64,000 bases of DNA from an uncultured Acidobacteriota bacterium (lineage in GTDB: Bacteria; Acidobacteriota; UBA6911; RPQK01; JAPXNP01), in the NCBI GenBank assembly GCA_963777605.1, contig CAVZRV010000029.1, forward strand, positions 446,690 through 510,689. The letters are read 5' to 3'. Shown piece by piece: positions 53,016 through 63,149 of this stretch. The notes below the pieces were generated by a model, which was not told the DNA's origin, did no database searches, and worked only from the letters and a program-made list of their open reading frames with translations. A program made the position numbers and the translations under genes. Each line of letters starts with the position of its first letter. Position 1 is the stretch's first letter.

Positions 53016-53438
53016 CTAGCCAGCGGAACCATCGGGGCTGGACAAGACCACCGTGTAGCCTTCCGGGTCCTTCAGCCAGATCTCCCAGTGGTTGGGACCG
53101 CCCTTTCCGTCAGGCGGGTTCCGGTGCTTCGGCATGACCACTTCCACACCCATCTTCTCGGCCCGGGCGACGGCGGCATCGAAGTCGTCGATCCCGAACC
53201 AGAGCAGCACTCCGTTCCCATAAGGCCGTAAAGTCGGGTCGCCGATTGGGCCGTGGTCATGTTCAACGTCCCATCGATGCAATTGAAGGATCAGTCGGCC
53301 ATCCACTTCCAGCCGTTCATACTCCGGTCCGCCGTGCGCACTCCGGCATCCAAGGAGTTGCTGGTACCAACGGCTGGTTCTCTCGACGTCACTCACACAG
53401 ATCAAGGGTTGTGGTCGCATCCGAACCTCCGATTTCAA
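53016..53438 (-). CDS. VOC/glyoxalase family protein
   Basis: Motifs VSDVERTSRWYQQLLG, GNGVLLWF and EIWLKDPEGY. Confidence 0.9.
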   Translation of the reverse strand: MKSEVRMRPQPLICVSDVERTSRWYQQLLGCRSAHGGPEYERLEVDGRLILQLHRWDVEHDHGPIGDPTLRPYGNGVLLWFGIDDFDAAVARAEKMGVEVVMPKHRNPPDGKGGPNHWEIWLKDPEGYTVVLSSPDGSAG

Positions 53439-53572
53439 AGAGGCAGTTCACCTCAGCATACAGCAGTAGGCAGGTTGGCTGTCCCCGTTCTATGTACCAG
53501 GGTCCATCAGAGCCTGTGGTTCATGGTGACGGATTCCGGGATTTCTGGCCAACCTAGGTTGCTTACTTGCTT

Positions 53573-55162
53573 CTAACGCTGTAATTGTCTTGCCCTTCCC
53601 ACAAACGCCAACCCCACCAGCACCAGCGCGGCGACAAAATATGCCAGCGCATGTTCGTCTGTGCTGGCGGACATGAAATCCAGCGCAGCAATGTGGCTCA
53701 TCGGGCCGAAGTACCACATCGTCACGTAGAGCACTTCGAACAGTTTGTGGCTGTTACTCCATATGCCTAAGGCCAGCGCGAAGGATGGGATGAAGAACGC
53801 CGCAGATATCCAACCCATCAGACGGGCGCTGTCGCCCGCGGTCAACAGGCGCAGGAATACGCCGCCGCCGGTGATCAATGTGACTATGAATCCGGCCAGC
53901 CAAGTGGCAGGCAACTGCCGCCATAACGGTGCGGCTGATGAGAAAACCATTTGCCCGGCGTTGTGACGCATCTCTCGGTTGCCCAACTCCGACCAGATTA
54001 GTACCGGCCACAGCCAGGCAAACGGCAGCAGCAAACCCCGCGAGGTTTCAGCCGAGCTGGCAAACCCGGCGATGAACAGCCCGCCTGCTATGGCATACCA
54101 CCACCAACGCTGACCCTTGAGCAGTAGTTTCAGTTCGGAAACCAGCACTGGCACAAAGGCGAATCTCATTGCGTCCACGTTTAACGGAGTTAGCGTAGAT
54201 GGCAGGGCCGCTACAGCAGGTGACGGCGAACCGGCCCCAGCCGGGGAGGCTGCGCCTTTCTGGGTTCGCTTCTTGCGCGGCTTATGTTGCGAGGGGTCAA
54301 AGCGGTCGAAGAAGATAGCAGCAATCAGAATCAGCACGATGGTCACGCCGAACAAGGCAAAACGGGCCAGGATTATATCACCCGTCCAGGCCACACCTGG
54401 CCAGTGGAAGATGAAACTCGCCGGGTCACGGTCGACGCCAATGCCTGTTGGGTTGGGGTCACCCAGCACAAAACCACTGGTGTATTCTGGGAAGGCGGCT
54501 TTGGCAGCTACGCCCATGCTATGTGAAAGCAGCCTCAGGCCGAGCGGTTCGAAGGCCGGGTTGGTCTTAATGAACAAATCTGAAAGTGGCAGGGTGAAAG
54601 TGAAAAGGAAAAAGTAGACCACGCTGCCAAATCCGCCGCTCAAAAAGCCGACCGTCTCGAACAGCACGGCCAGGGCGGCGATCAGCGCCATCATCGGCAT
54701 GGCGATGAAGACAAATGGTGCGAACATGGACGCCAGGTCGAGCTGCAGATTCTCGCCCGCCAAGAGCTGGATGCCGACGCCCGCCAAGGCCAGCACCAGG
54801 TTCATTGCCATCAGCACGGCGAAATTGCTGGCCCATTTGCCAAAGGTGTAAAGCGGGCGGCTGAGCGGCGTGGTCGCTATGATCTGGCCCACGCCAGTTT
54901 CACGGTCACGCGCCACCGAGCCTTTCACCAGGTAAAAACCGAACAAGCCGATGAAAAACGTGGAGATCAGGGTCATCATGCTGCCAACCCAGGCCGAGTT
55001 GAACTCGCCGCGGTACTGGTCGAGCCGCAGGGTCAGGTGGCCGGCCACCACCTGGTACCCCAGGAAAGCCGCCAGCCCGAGCATGATCAAAAAGCTGTAA
55101 CGGCGGACGCGTTCCAAAAAGTCGGCGCGGGCCAGGTGATAGATGACCCGGACGGAGTTCAT
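53573..55162 (-). CDS. ABC exporter permease (duplicated ABC-2-like membrane domain)
   Basis: Motifs LARADFLERVRR and RDRETGVGQIIATTP; about 12 TM segments; ATGA overlap with the ATPase gene. Confidence 0.8.
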   Translation of the reverse strand: MNSVRVIYHLARADFLERVRRYSFLIMLGLAAFLGYQVVAGHLTLRLDQYRGEFNSAWVGSMMTLISTFFIGLFGFYLVKGSVARDRETGVGQIIATTPLSRPLYTFGKWASNFAVLMAMNLVLALAGVGIQLLAGENLQLDLASMFAPFVFIAMPMMALIAALAVLFETVGFLSGGFGSVVYFFLFTFTLPLSDLFIKTNPAFEPLGLRLLSHSMGVAAKAAFPEYTSGFVLGDPNPTGIGVDRDPASFIFHWPGVAWTGDIILARFALFGVTIVLILIAAIFFDRFDPSQHKPRKKRTQKGAASPAGAGSPSPAVAALPSTLTPLNVDAMRFAFVPVLVSELKLLLKGQRWWWYAIAGGLFIAGFASSAETSRGLLLPFAWLWPVLIWSELGNREMRHNAGQMVFSSAAPLWRQLPATWLAGFIVTLITGGGVFLRLLTAGDSARLMGWISAAFFIPSFALALGIWSNSHKLFEVLYVTMWYFGPMSHIAALDFMSASTDEHALAYFVAALVLVGLAFVGRARQLQR

Positions 55163-56034
55163 TGGCCGTTCTCCTGAGCGATAAAGTAGAGATACGCGTC
55201 TTCGAGATTGGGCGAGGCGCTGCGGGCCTGGACTTCGGGCCTGCTCCCGCTAATGACGCGTACCTGTACCCCGTCGCTGCGCCGGATGGTTCCGCTCACG
55301 ATGGATTTTTGTTTCAGGGCGGGCAGTTCCTCGCTGGCAACCGTCCATTCCCAGACTTTGCCTTCCAGCTCTTTGAGCAGTTCCTCGGGTGCGGCGTTGC
55401 GCAAAAGTCCGCCTTTGTGGACCAGGGCGATCCGCGTGGCCGTCGCCTCCACGTCTGAGACGATGTGCGTCGACAGGATCACGATCCGCTCACCCGATAG
55501 GTCCGACAGCAGGTTGCGAAAGCGGACTCGCTCTTCCGGGTCGAGGCCGACAGTGGGTTCGTCCACGATCAGCAGTTGCGGGTCATTGAGCAGGGCCTGG
55601 GCAATGCCGACTCGCTGCTTCATCCCGCCCGAATAGCCGCCCAGCGGCTGTTTCGCCGCCCCGACCAGGTTGGTCACTTGCAACAACTCGTCGATGCGGC
55701 GTTTGGCGGCTTTGGCGCCCAGTCCCTTGATGGCGGCCATATATTCCAGAAATTCGACTGCGTTCAGGTTGGGGTAGATGCCGAAATCCTGCGGCAGATA
55801 GCCGAGCACCGCCCGCAGCGTATCCGGCGATTTGACCGTGTCTACGCCGTCCCACGAGATGGTTCCTTCAGTGGGCTTGGTGATGGTGGCAAGCATGCGC
55901 ATCAGGGTCGATTTGCCTGCCCCGTTGGGGCCGAGCAGGCCGAGGATCCCGGGTTGAACTTCGATGGTGAAATCTTTGAGCCCCCAAAAATCACGTCGGT
56001 ATTGTTTGCCCAACTGGTTAACAGAAAGCTTCAT
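55159..56034 (-). CDS. ABC transporter ATP-binding protein
   Basis: Motifs GPNGAGKST, YSGGMKQR and IVDEPTVGLDPEER. Confidence 0.95.
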   Translation of the reverse strand: MKLSVNQLGKQYRRDFWGLKDFTIEVQPGILGLLGPNGAGKSTLMRMLATITKPTEGTISWDGVDTVKSPDTLRAVLGYLPQDFGIYPNLNAVEFLEYMAAIKGLGAKAAKRRIDELLQVTNLVGAAKQPLGGYSGGMKQRVGIAQALLNDPQLLIVDEPTVGLDPEERVRFRNLLSDLSGERIVILSTHIVSDVEATATRIALVHKGGLLRNAAPEELLKELEGKVWEWTVASEELPALKQKSIVSGTIRRSDGVQVRVISGSRPEVQARSASPNLEDAYLYFIAQENGQ

Positions 56035-56463
56035 ACCCAACTCCCCGAGAAACACCGATAAGTTGGTGAATCGTACGCCACAAATCACCGGGTTGAAATA
56101 CAAAAAAGGATGGTTCCATAGACATCCTTTTTTGATTCCTTCGCTTTGTCATCTTGGCTTGTCTTGATGTTTGTGCATATCCATGCCGTTCATCGAGCAA
56201 TCTTCGTTCCCGAACTCCAACTCGATGGTGGCGTGTTCCAGGCGCCTCCCGGCAGTGAGACGGTTGGCTTCGCGCTTGATTTGCATCAGGGCTTCATTAT
56301 CAGCGTTTTCATCCACAACCCGGTGGGTGGCCAGGTGTGATGCTCCCCGTCCAGCGACCAGCCGTGGGCGTGGTCCAGGGATAGGACGCCAGACAGTCCA
56401 CGAAGACTGGCTTCGTTATCTGGCGGAAGCGAAACTCGAAACCAGAAACCTCTCCCGTGCACC

Positions 56464-56932
56464 TTACCCGCCGGCACCGACCTCTGCCGGCATGAAGGAA
56501 AACACCAGGCCCAACAGAACGTAGACCACCAGAAGCTGGAGTTCCTCCAGCCAGTTCGATTCTCCATCCTTGAGAAATCTCATTGGCGGGGATCACAGCC
56601 AGGAAGACCGCCAAAACCTCAATCGGTGTGAAGACGAGGTCCATGGGATGCGGTGCGACCCAATAACTCGCAAACAGCAGCAGCGGGGCCACGAAAAGAG
56701 CGATCTGGATGCTGCTGCCCAGAGCGATGCCCAGGCTCAGATCCATGCGATCTTCGATGGCCTTCATCACTGCCGTGCTGTGTTCGGCAGCATTGCCGAT
56801 CACGGCAATCACGATCACACTGACGAAGAGATCGGTCCTCCCGAGTGCCGCCGCCGCCGGCTGGACCGAACTCACTAGTATCTCGCTCATCCAGGCAATC
56901 AGTCCGGTGCTAACGGCCAGAAGAAGCAGGCT
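56464..56932 (-). pseudogene. Ca2+/H+ antiporter (ChaA/CAX), C-terminal half only
   Basis: Motifs IGNAAEH and GSSIQIALFVAP; the N-half is replaced by an IS3 fragment; additional frameshift. Confidence 0.8.
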
Positions 56933-56933
56933 G

Positions 56934-57140
56934 CGTGTCCCGGGTCAAGCCGTTCTTGCCGGCATCCAGGAATGCCTTGGACCACTTGTCGTAGATCGAG
57001 GGCTGGATGCCCTCCCAGCGGCACAGCTCGGTGATGGGAATCTCTCCCCGCAAACCTTCCAGTACGACGCGGATCTTCTCTTCGGTGGAAAAGCGGCAGC
57101 GGGTAGCTTTACGAATCTGTTTGAGTACGTGTTCTACAGT
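56934..57140 (-). mobile_element. IS3-family transposase OrfA fragment
   Basis: Translation IRKATRCRFSTEEKIRVVLEGLRGEIPITELCRWEGI...WSKAFLDAGK. Confidence 0.8.
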
Positions 57141-57189
57141 CAGAAGACGCTGGATCGCTGGTTCGACTGCCGCAAGCCCTTGAAAGGAA

Positions 57190-57266
<77 letters not shown>

Positions 57267-57688
57267 ACGCTTCAGGAAAGCCGGAGTTTACCAGAAATCG
57301 GGGGATTGGGGAACTGGGTTTCGGGTTCCTGGTTCGACGGGCTGTGTTGACGGAGCGGTGGAGATGGGATTAGGAAGCCGATGAGACACGTGTTGCCCAA
57401 ATGTAGATGGAGAACCGTCTTTCCCCGGATTGTCTCTACATCCTTTCGCCCCTGCGGTCCTTTCGCTTGCTCTCCGTCCGAGCGGCGCCTTCTCCACTTT
57501 TCTCACCCGGCTTCCTCGCACTTTTTCGAACACGTTCGTTATTTAGTAGATGGGGTTAGGGGTTTGGCCACCGCCGGAGGCTTTGCCCGGGGGTTTCGTG
57601 TGCCCGCCGCCCGATTGGGTGCCGGGAGAGGCGTCTGATTTGACTCAGATGGCGATTTTGGCAACACACCCTGCGAATGTTTACTTTT

Positions 57689-57740
57689 GCCGGGCAAGCT
57701 GCCCGGCAGACATCCCAGGCAAGGCAGCCAGGATTACTCT
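57689..57740 (+). repeat. REP-like double hairpin, second copy at 33914-33965
   Basis: gccgggcaagctgcccggc...ccaggca.ggc.gcc.ggattac occurs in both places. Confidence 0.75.
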
Positions 57741-57747
57741 CCCCCCC

Positions 57748-57796
57748 CAGAAACCCGAAACCCGGAACCAGAAATCCGGAACGAGAAACCCGGAAC
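57748..57796 (+). repeat. heptamer tandem repeat (7 x c(a/c)g(a/g)aac)
   Basis: cagaaac ccgaaac ccggaac cagaaat ccggaac gagaaac ccggaac; related tracts lie near 56431, 57310 (inverted) and 34425-34483. Confidence 0.75.
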
Positions 57797-57811
57797 GTCG
57801 CACCTGAAGAG

Positions 57812-59125
57812 TCACCCGTTGCGGGCGGCGCGGAGGCGTTCTCTTTCGGTGACGAAAGCAGCGGCGGTCAAGTCTCCGCTGACGTTGAGAACGGTGCGAC
57901 TCATGTCGAGAATGCGATCGACTCCAATGATCAGAGCGATACCTTCAGGGGGTATCCCTACGACTCCCAGGACCCCGGCGAGCAGGGGGATCGATCCGCC
58001 GGGCACTCCGGCCGTTCCCACTGCGGAGAGGACCGCCATGAGAACGACGATCAGTTGCTGTCCAAGACTGAGATGGACCCCAAATACCTGGGCCAGAAAG
58101 AGGACGGTCACTCCCTCGAACAGCGCCGTGCCGTTCATGTTCATTGTGGCTCCGAGGGGCAGGACGAAACCGGCGATCTCGCTGGGGATCCCCAGTTCCG
58201 TCTCGGCCGTCTCGATCGTCGTGGGAAGAGTGGCGTTGCTCGAACTAGTTGAAAAGCCGGTGATGGCCACGTCCCGGATCTTGCGAAAGAACTCCATCGG
58301 ACGGATGCCGCACAGCAGCTTGACGAGGATGCCGTAGCCGACGAACTGGAAGAGGGCGAGCCCCAACAGGACGACGAAGACGTAATTGAGCAACTGGACC
58401 AGGATGTCCCAGCCGAAACGTGCGGTCACTCCAAAAATCAGGGCGAACACCCCGTAGGGAGCCAGGCGCATGGTGAACCGGATGATGACCGCTACCGTCA
58501 GGGAAATGCCCTCGAGAAAGTCCAGGACCGGCTTCGATTTTTCGGTCGGCAACTGGGTCAGGCCGGCGCCGAGGATGAGCGAGAAGCAGATGATCCCCAG
58601 CATGTCGCCGCGGGCCGCCGCATCGACCGGGTTGCGGGGAATGATGTTGACGAAATTCGAAACGGAGACGCCCCCGGTGAGCTCGAGCTTCTCCTGCGCC
58701 TGGGACTGATAGGACTCCATGAGTCGGGCGCGGGTCTCCTCGGGCATGTTCCCGCCGGGCTGGAGGACGTTGACCAGAACCAGGCCGAGCGTCGTGGCCA
58801 GAGTCGTGATCATGATGAAGTATCCAAAGGTCAGGGCGCCGATTCGACCCAGGCGGCGGACGTCGCCGATGGCCGCGACTCCCAACGTCAGCGAGGAGAG
58901 GATCAGGGGGACAACGATCATGAAGAGGAGCCGCAAGAAGACCTGGCCGACCGGCTCGATGAGATTGCCGAGAGCCCAGAGGAAGGCGTGTTCCCAGTGG
59001 GGGTTGGTCCCGACAACGTAGTTGGCCACTGTGCCCAGGGCCGCTCCGGCGACGAGGCCCAGGAGGATCCGGTTGTGCAGCGACGACTTCTTGTTTTGGC
59101 GATTTCTGAACAGCCTCAATTTCAA
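57812..59125 (-). CDS. dicarboxylate/amino acid:cation symporter (GltP/DctA family)
   Basis: Motifs FLRLLFMIVVPL, FSTSSSNATLP, PLGATMNMNGTAL and GVDRILDMSRT. Confidence 0.95.
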   Translation of the reverse strand: MKLRLFRNRQNKKSSLHNRILLGLVAGAALGTVANYVVGTNPHWEHAFLWALGNLIEPVGQVFLRLLFMIVVPLILSSLTLGVAAIGDVRRLGRIGALTFGYFIMITTLATTLGLVLVNVLQPGGNMPEETRARLMESYQSQAQEKLELTGGVSVSNFVNIIPRNPVDAAARGDMLGIICFSLILGAGLTQLPTEKSKPVLDFLEGISLTVAVIIRFTMRLAPYGVFALIFGVTARFGWDILVQLLNYVFVVLLGLALFQFVGYGILVKLLCGIRPMEFFRKIRDVAITGFSTSSSNATLPTTIETAETELGIPSEIAGFVLPLGATMNMNGTALFEGVTVLFLAQVFGVHLSLGQQLIVVLMAVLSAVGTAGVPGGSIPLLAGVLGVVGIPPEGIALIIGVDRILDMSRTVLNVSGDLTAAAFVTERERLRAARNG

Positions 59126-59342
59126 CCTCGGGGGGCAATCGTCGCACGGTCAGTCCTGGTCGCGTCAAGCCTGAGAGCCGAATTTCCCCGATTTAGGTGG
59201 ACTTTGATCGTTCTGAAATACGTTTGCTGCGGATACAATAGAGATCAACGCGTTTCCGGTGCCTGTCCGTCGGGGAGGGAGTGGCGGGCCGGCCTGGGAA
59301 GAGGTTCCAGAGTATTCCACGAAAAGGATGGACGGGGGCTAG

Positions 59343-60203
59343 ATGAGGGTGTCCACAGTGTCGATCCCGATTTGGGCGGTGGTTCTCGCCGTTATGGCAA
59401 TCGGCGGTCCTGCATACATCTTCGGTGGTCCGGCGAGGCATACGGAAACGGGTCCGGCGATCTTTCGTCCCCTTGCAGAAGCGCTGCAATTTGTTGATCA
59501 ACGAGGGTTGGTGGACTACGCGGGGCTCAAGAAGAACCGTGGGAGCCTGGACCTGTTCGCCGAAGGGCTGGCGTCACTGTCCCCGATGGACTATCGCGAT
59601 TACGACATGGAACAGAGGATCGCATTCTGGATCAACGCGTACAACGGGTTTACGCTGCTCGCGATCGTCAACCACTACCCTATCCAGCCCTCCTTCCTGA
59701 CCTCATTGATTTACCCGAGGAACAGTATCCGCCAGATTTCAGGGGTCTGGAACAAGCTGAAGTTCCAGGTGATGGGTTCGGAGATGACGCTTGACCACAT
59801 CGAGCACCAGATCCTCCGCGGGGAGTTCGATGAGCCGAGGATCCACCTGGCGCTCGTCTGTGCCGCCCTGAGTTGTCCTCCGCTGCGCAACCAACCGTAC
59901 GTGGGTAGCCGGTTGGAGGCCCAGTTCCAGGATCAGGCTCGTCGATTCCTTTCCGACCCGTCCAAGTTTCGGATCGACCAGGACACCGCAACTGTCTACC
60001 TGTCCGAGATTTTCAAATGGTTCGGCGCCGACTTTGTCTCCCGATACGGGACCATGCACCAGTTCGAGAAGTTTCCGGTCGAGCAGCGTGCCGTTCTCAA
60101 TTTCATCTCGTCTTACCTGTCGGAGGCGGATGCGGCGTATCTCCGTTCGGGAGAGTACGAGCTGGAGTACCTGGATTATGACTGGTCGCTGAATGAACAG
60201 TAG
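59343..60203 (+). CDS. DUF547 domain protein
   Basis: Motifs GLVDYAGL, AFWINAYN, EPRIHLALVCAALSCPPL and YDWSLNE. Confidence 0.92.
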   Translation: MRVSTVSIPIWAVVLAVMAIGGPAYIFGGPARHTETGPAIFRPLAEALQFVDQRGLVDYAGLKKNRGSLDLFAEGLASLSPMDYRDYDMEQRIAFWINAYNGFTLLAIVNHYPIQPSFLTSLIYPRNSIRQISGVWNKLKFQVMGSEMTLDHIEHQILRGEFDEPRIHLALVCAALSCPPLRNQPYVGSRLEAQFQDQARRFLSDPSKFRIDQDTATVYLSEIFKWFGADFVSRYGTMHQFEKFPVEQRAVLNFISSYLSEADAAYLRSGEYELEYLDYDWSLNEQ

Positions 60204-62100
60204 CGGAGAGTGGGCCCTGGGTGCGGGCGTCGGGTTCCGGACTGCGCGAGGGGACCTGGGCAAAGGGGTCGGTTGACTGGGAGTTGCCTTGATCCGACTG
60301 CGGTTCGCGGATCCGGATCACTTCGACGAGGGTGGCCTTGCCTTTCAACTGTACCTCCCCCAGTGACTCGCCGGAGAAGGTCCCCGAAAGCTGCTCGAAG
60401 GTGGCACGACTGACCAGGATCGGGGCCGAGTATTGCTTGGTGAGGCTTTCGAGACGGGCCGCCGTGTTGACCGCGTCTCCGATGGCCGTGTATTCCAGCC
60501 GGTCAGGTGAGCCGACGTTGCCGATGATCGCCTCGCCACTGTGAATGCCGATCCCGGTGCGCAGTTCCGGCAGCCCTTCCCGCCTGAGTTGGCGGTTGAG
60601 CCTGGCCAGTGCCGACCGCATGGCAGAGGCCGCGCGGACCGCGTCGACGGCGTGGTTCTCTGTCGGAACCGGGGCTCCGAAGACAGCCATGACGGCATCG
60701 CCGATGAACTTGTCCACCATGCCGCCGTGGGAATGGATGGCATAGACCATGGCTTCCAGGTAGCGGTTGAGGAGGGCTACGAGTTCTTCGGGAACGCTCT
60801 TCTCGGTGAGGGTTGTGAAGTCCCGAATGTCGGAGAACAGGATGCTGACCGACCGTTTCTCCCCTCCGAGAACGAGGGCCTCGTGGCGCTGCATCAGTTC
60901 TTCTATGACCGATTCGTTTACATACCGGCCGAACAATGAACGAAGACGTCGTTTTTCTTTCCCCACCAGCACGTACTGCGCGGACTGGCTGAGGGCAAAG
61001 GCGGCCAAGGCTCCCGTCACCGGCCCGACGACGAAATAGACCGAGCCGCTGGAGAATGCCCAGGTGAGCGCGAAGAGGCAGTAGCCGCCAACCAATCCGC
61101 CGCTCTGAAGAGCCGCCGGCAGGGGTGGGAATTTCCAGGCCAGCAATGTCACCGCGAGCACCAGCAAGAAGGTCAGCGCCCGTCTTGCCGACAGCGAGAC
61201 CGGCTCGAGATAGTTTCCCTCGATGAGCGTGTTCAGGGTGTTGGCGTGAATGGCGAGGCCGGGAGTCCTCCGAAACGGGAGTACTGATTGGGGCGGCCAA
61301 AAGTAGAGCGGAGTCGGGTGGAGGTCTCCTTCGTCGTAAAGGCCGATCAGCACAATCTTCCCGGAGACGAGCTCACGGAGAGGCCGACCGCCGATCGCCG
61401 CTTCCTCCAAAACAGTCCAAAAGGGGATTCTGGGGAACGGGTCGGGGCCGCGGTAGTTGATCAGAATCGGGTCAAGTGCCCGCGCACCGTCAATACTGTC
61501 CATCCGGGTCAGGGCCAGCGATGCCGCAAAACCCGCCACGCTTTGCCCCTCCCCATCCTGGGCGAAGAGTTCCTGCCTGCGGACGAAGTCGTCTTCGTCG
61601 GTGGTCAGGTTGGCGAAGGCAAAGCCTTCCTGACCTATGGCCATCGCCAGCATCGGGGAGGCGGGTGCCGATCCCGATTTCCCGATCCGATAGACGAGGC
61701 GAACCGGCACCCCCTCGCCCTCGGCGCCGAGAAGGGATCCGACCAGTCCGCGCTGCCCGTTCGGATCCAGTTCGCTGACGTCCGGCAAGATCAGGTCGAT
61801 TCCGACGGCAGATGCGCCGGCATCGACGAGGCGGTCGAGCACTTGCGCGAAGTGTCCCTGCCAGAGGATAAGAGGTTCGCTGATGCGCTCGAAGCTGTCC
61901 TCGTCGATGACGACGAGGACGATCGGGCAGTCCCCGGAGTCGGGAAGTTCTCCGCGCAGGCGAAATCGAAGGTCGTAGGAGAAGAGTTCGGCGCGGTGGC
62001 CGAGCGAAGTCTCCTGGATGGCCTCACCGACGACTGAACTAATCAGCCAGACGCAGCCGACGACCACCGGGACGATCCACCTGGCCCGGTGTGGTTTCAC
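60103..62100 (-). CDS. CHASE2-domain class III adenylate/guanylate cyclase
   Basis: CHASE2 domain (IVLVVIDEDS, GKIVLIG, PGLAIHA), 3 TM segments, then LFSDIRDFT, DKFIGDAVMA and YTAIGDAVNTAARLE. The last ~50 aa may be read-through. Confidence 0.93.
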   Translation of the reverse strand: MKPHRARWIVPVVVGCVWLISSVVGEAIQETSLGHRAELFSYDLRFRLRGELPDSGDCPIVLVVIDEDSFERISEPLILWQGHFAQVLDRLVDAGASAVGIDLILPDVSELDPNGQRGLVGSLLGAEGEGVPVRLVYRIGKSGSAPASPMLAMAIGQEGFAFANLTTDEDDFVRRQELFAQDGEGQSVAGFAASLALTRMDSIDGARALDPILINYRGPDPFPRIPFWTVLEEAAIGGRPLRELVSGKIVLIGLYDEGDLHPTPLYFWPPQSVLPFRRTPGLAIHANTLNTLIEGNYLEPVSLSARRALTFLLVLAVTLLAWKFPPLPAALQSGGLVGGYCLFALTWAFSSGSVYFVVGPVTGALAAFALSQSAQYVLVGKEKRRLRSLFGRYVNESVIEELMQRHEALVLGGEKRSVSILFSDIRDFTTLTEKSVPEELVALLNRYLEAMVYAIHSHGGMVDKFIGDAVMAVFGAPVPTENHAVDAVRAASAMRSALARLNRQLRREGLPELRTGIGIHSGEAIIGNVGSPDRLEYTAIGDAVNTAARLESLTKQYSAPILVSRATFEQLSGTFSGESLGEVQLKGKATLVEVIRIREPQSDQGNSQSTDPFAQVPSRSPEPDARTQGPLSATVHSATSHNPGTPARTLPNGDTPHPPPTGKTR

Positions 62101-62981
62101 TCCGTCCCCGACTCAATCTGGTCGTTGAAGGCGATGGGGAGTCGGGCCTGTCGGTAGAGCCACGCCAGGTGCCGGTTCAACCTGGCATCCTTTCCCTCGG
62201 TTTGCAGGTATCTGCGCAGGCAGGCGGCGGCCTCGGCGAAGTAACCGTCGCCCTCATAGGCAAAAGCGGTCGGGAGCAGGAGATCAGGGTCCGCAGCCCA
62301 GGGACTCGGCCGGTCCTCTCCGGGGCGGACTTCGAAATCAGTTCTTTGCCGGGCGTGGACATCCTGTCCCCGGACTGCTTCCAGTTCCCAGTTGTACCAA
62401 CCGGGCGTCAGTTCCGGTTGGTCGGAGGGATACTCCAGGAAACTCTCGTTCGTGGATTTTTCCCAAAGTCCGTCTCCCATCTCGTCGAGGAGTCGGACGA
62501 TGTAGTGATCACTCGAGGCGACCGGTTTCCAGTCAAAGCGGGGACGACCGGTTGAAACCGGGCCGCCGAGGTACAAGACGATTGTCGTGCCCGGGGCACT
62601 GCCGCGGGGACGGAGCGCCCCGACGCGTTCCAGGCTCTCCTTTCCCAGTCGGACCTCAGGGAAGGAGCAGGTGTTGGTGCCGGTCTTTTGGATATCCTGG
62701 CCAGAACGGGGATGGAGGCGCGTTGCCTGTAATTCGACTTCAGTGCCCTGACCGACCCGGAAACGGCCGTTCTCAGGGCAGAAATTGATCAGTGCTTCTC
62801 CCGAGAGGACTTGAATTCGGTCGCCTTCCTGCAGGATTTCGCCCGGAAGTGCCGCGACCGGAGCCGACCCCCGAATCAGCTTCACCTCTCCGCGAACCCG
62901 CAGGATCATTCCGAGGGGATCGCCAAACGCCGGTGATACCAGCAGGACGGCGCTGAACAGTACGACCATCCATTTCTTCAT
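62097..62981 (-). CDS. secreted FecR-N-like/DUF928-like partner of the CHASE2 cyclase with a C-terminal TPR-like helix pair
   Basis: Signal peptide; motifs VRGEVKL..G...LQEGDRI, RPRFDW and YNWELEA; GTGA overlap with the cyclase gene. Confidence 0.6.
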   Translation of the reverse strand: MKKWMVVLFSAVLLVSPAFGDPLGMILRVRGEVKLIRGSAPVAALPGEILQEGDRIQVLSGEALINFCPENGRFRVGQGTEVELQATRLHPRSGQDIQKTGTNTCSFPEVRLGKESLERVGALRPRGSAPGTTIVLYLGGPVSTGRPRFDWKPVASSDHYIVRLLDEMGDGLWEKSTNESFLEYPSDQPELTPGWYNWELEAVRGQDVHARQRTDFEVRPGEDRPSPWAADPDLLLPTAFAYEGDGYFAEAAACLRRYLQTEGKDARLNRHLAWLYRQARLPIAFNDQIESGTE

Positions 62982-63149
62982 GACACTGAGCCTCCCTGGG
63001 TGGCTGGATCTCAAGATGGAGCCGATCGGTCAGCGGGTGGAGATTCCGATCAAATTGAGTCCGATTGTAAACATGGAGAGCAATGGGGTCAAGGTTGGAG
63101 CGCGGCACCTCTGTGCGGGGATAGGACTGTATCCGAGCACAACCGGGGG

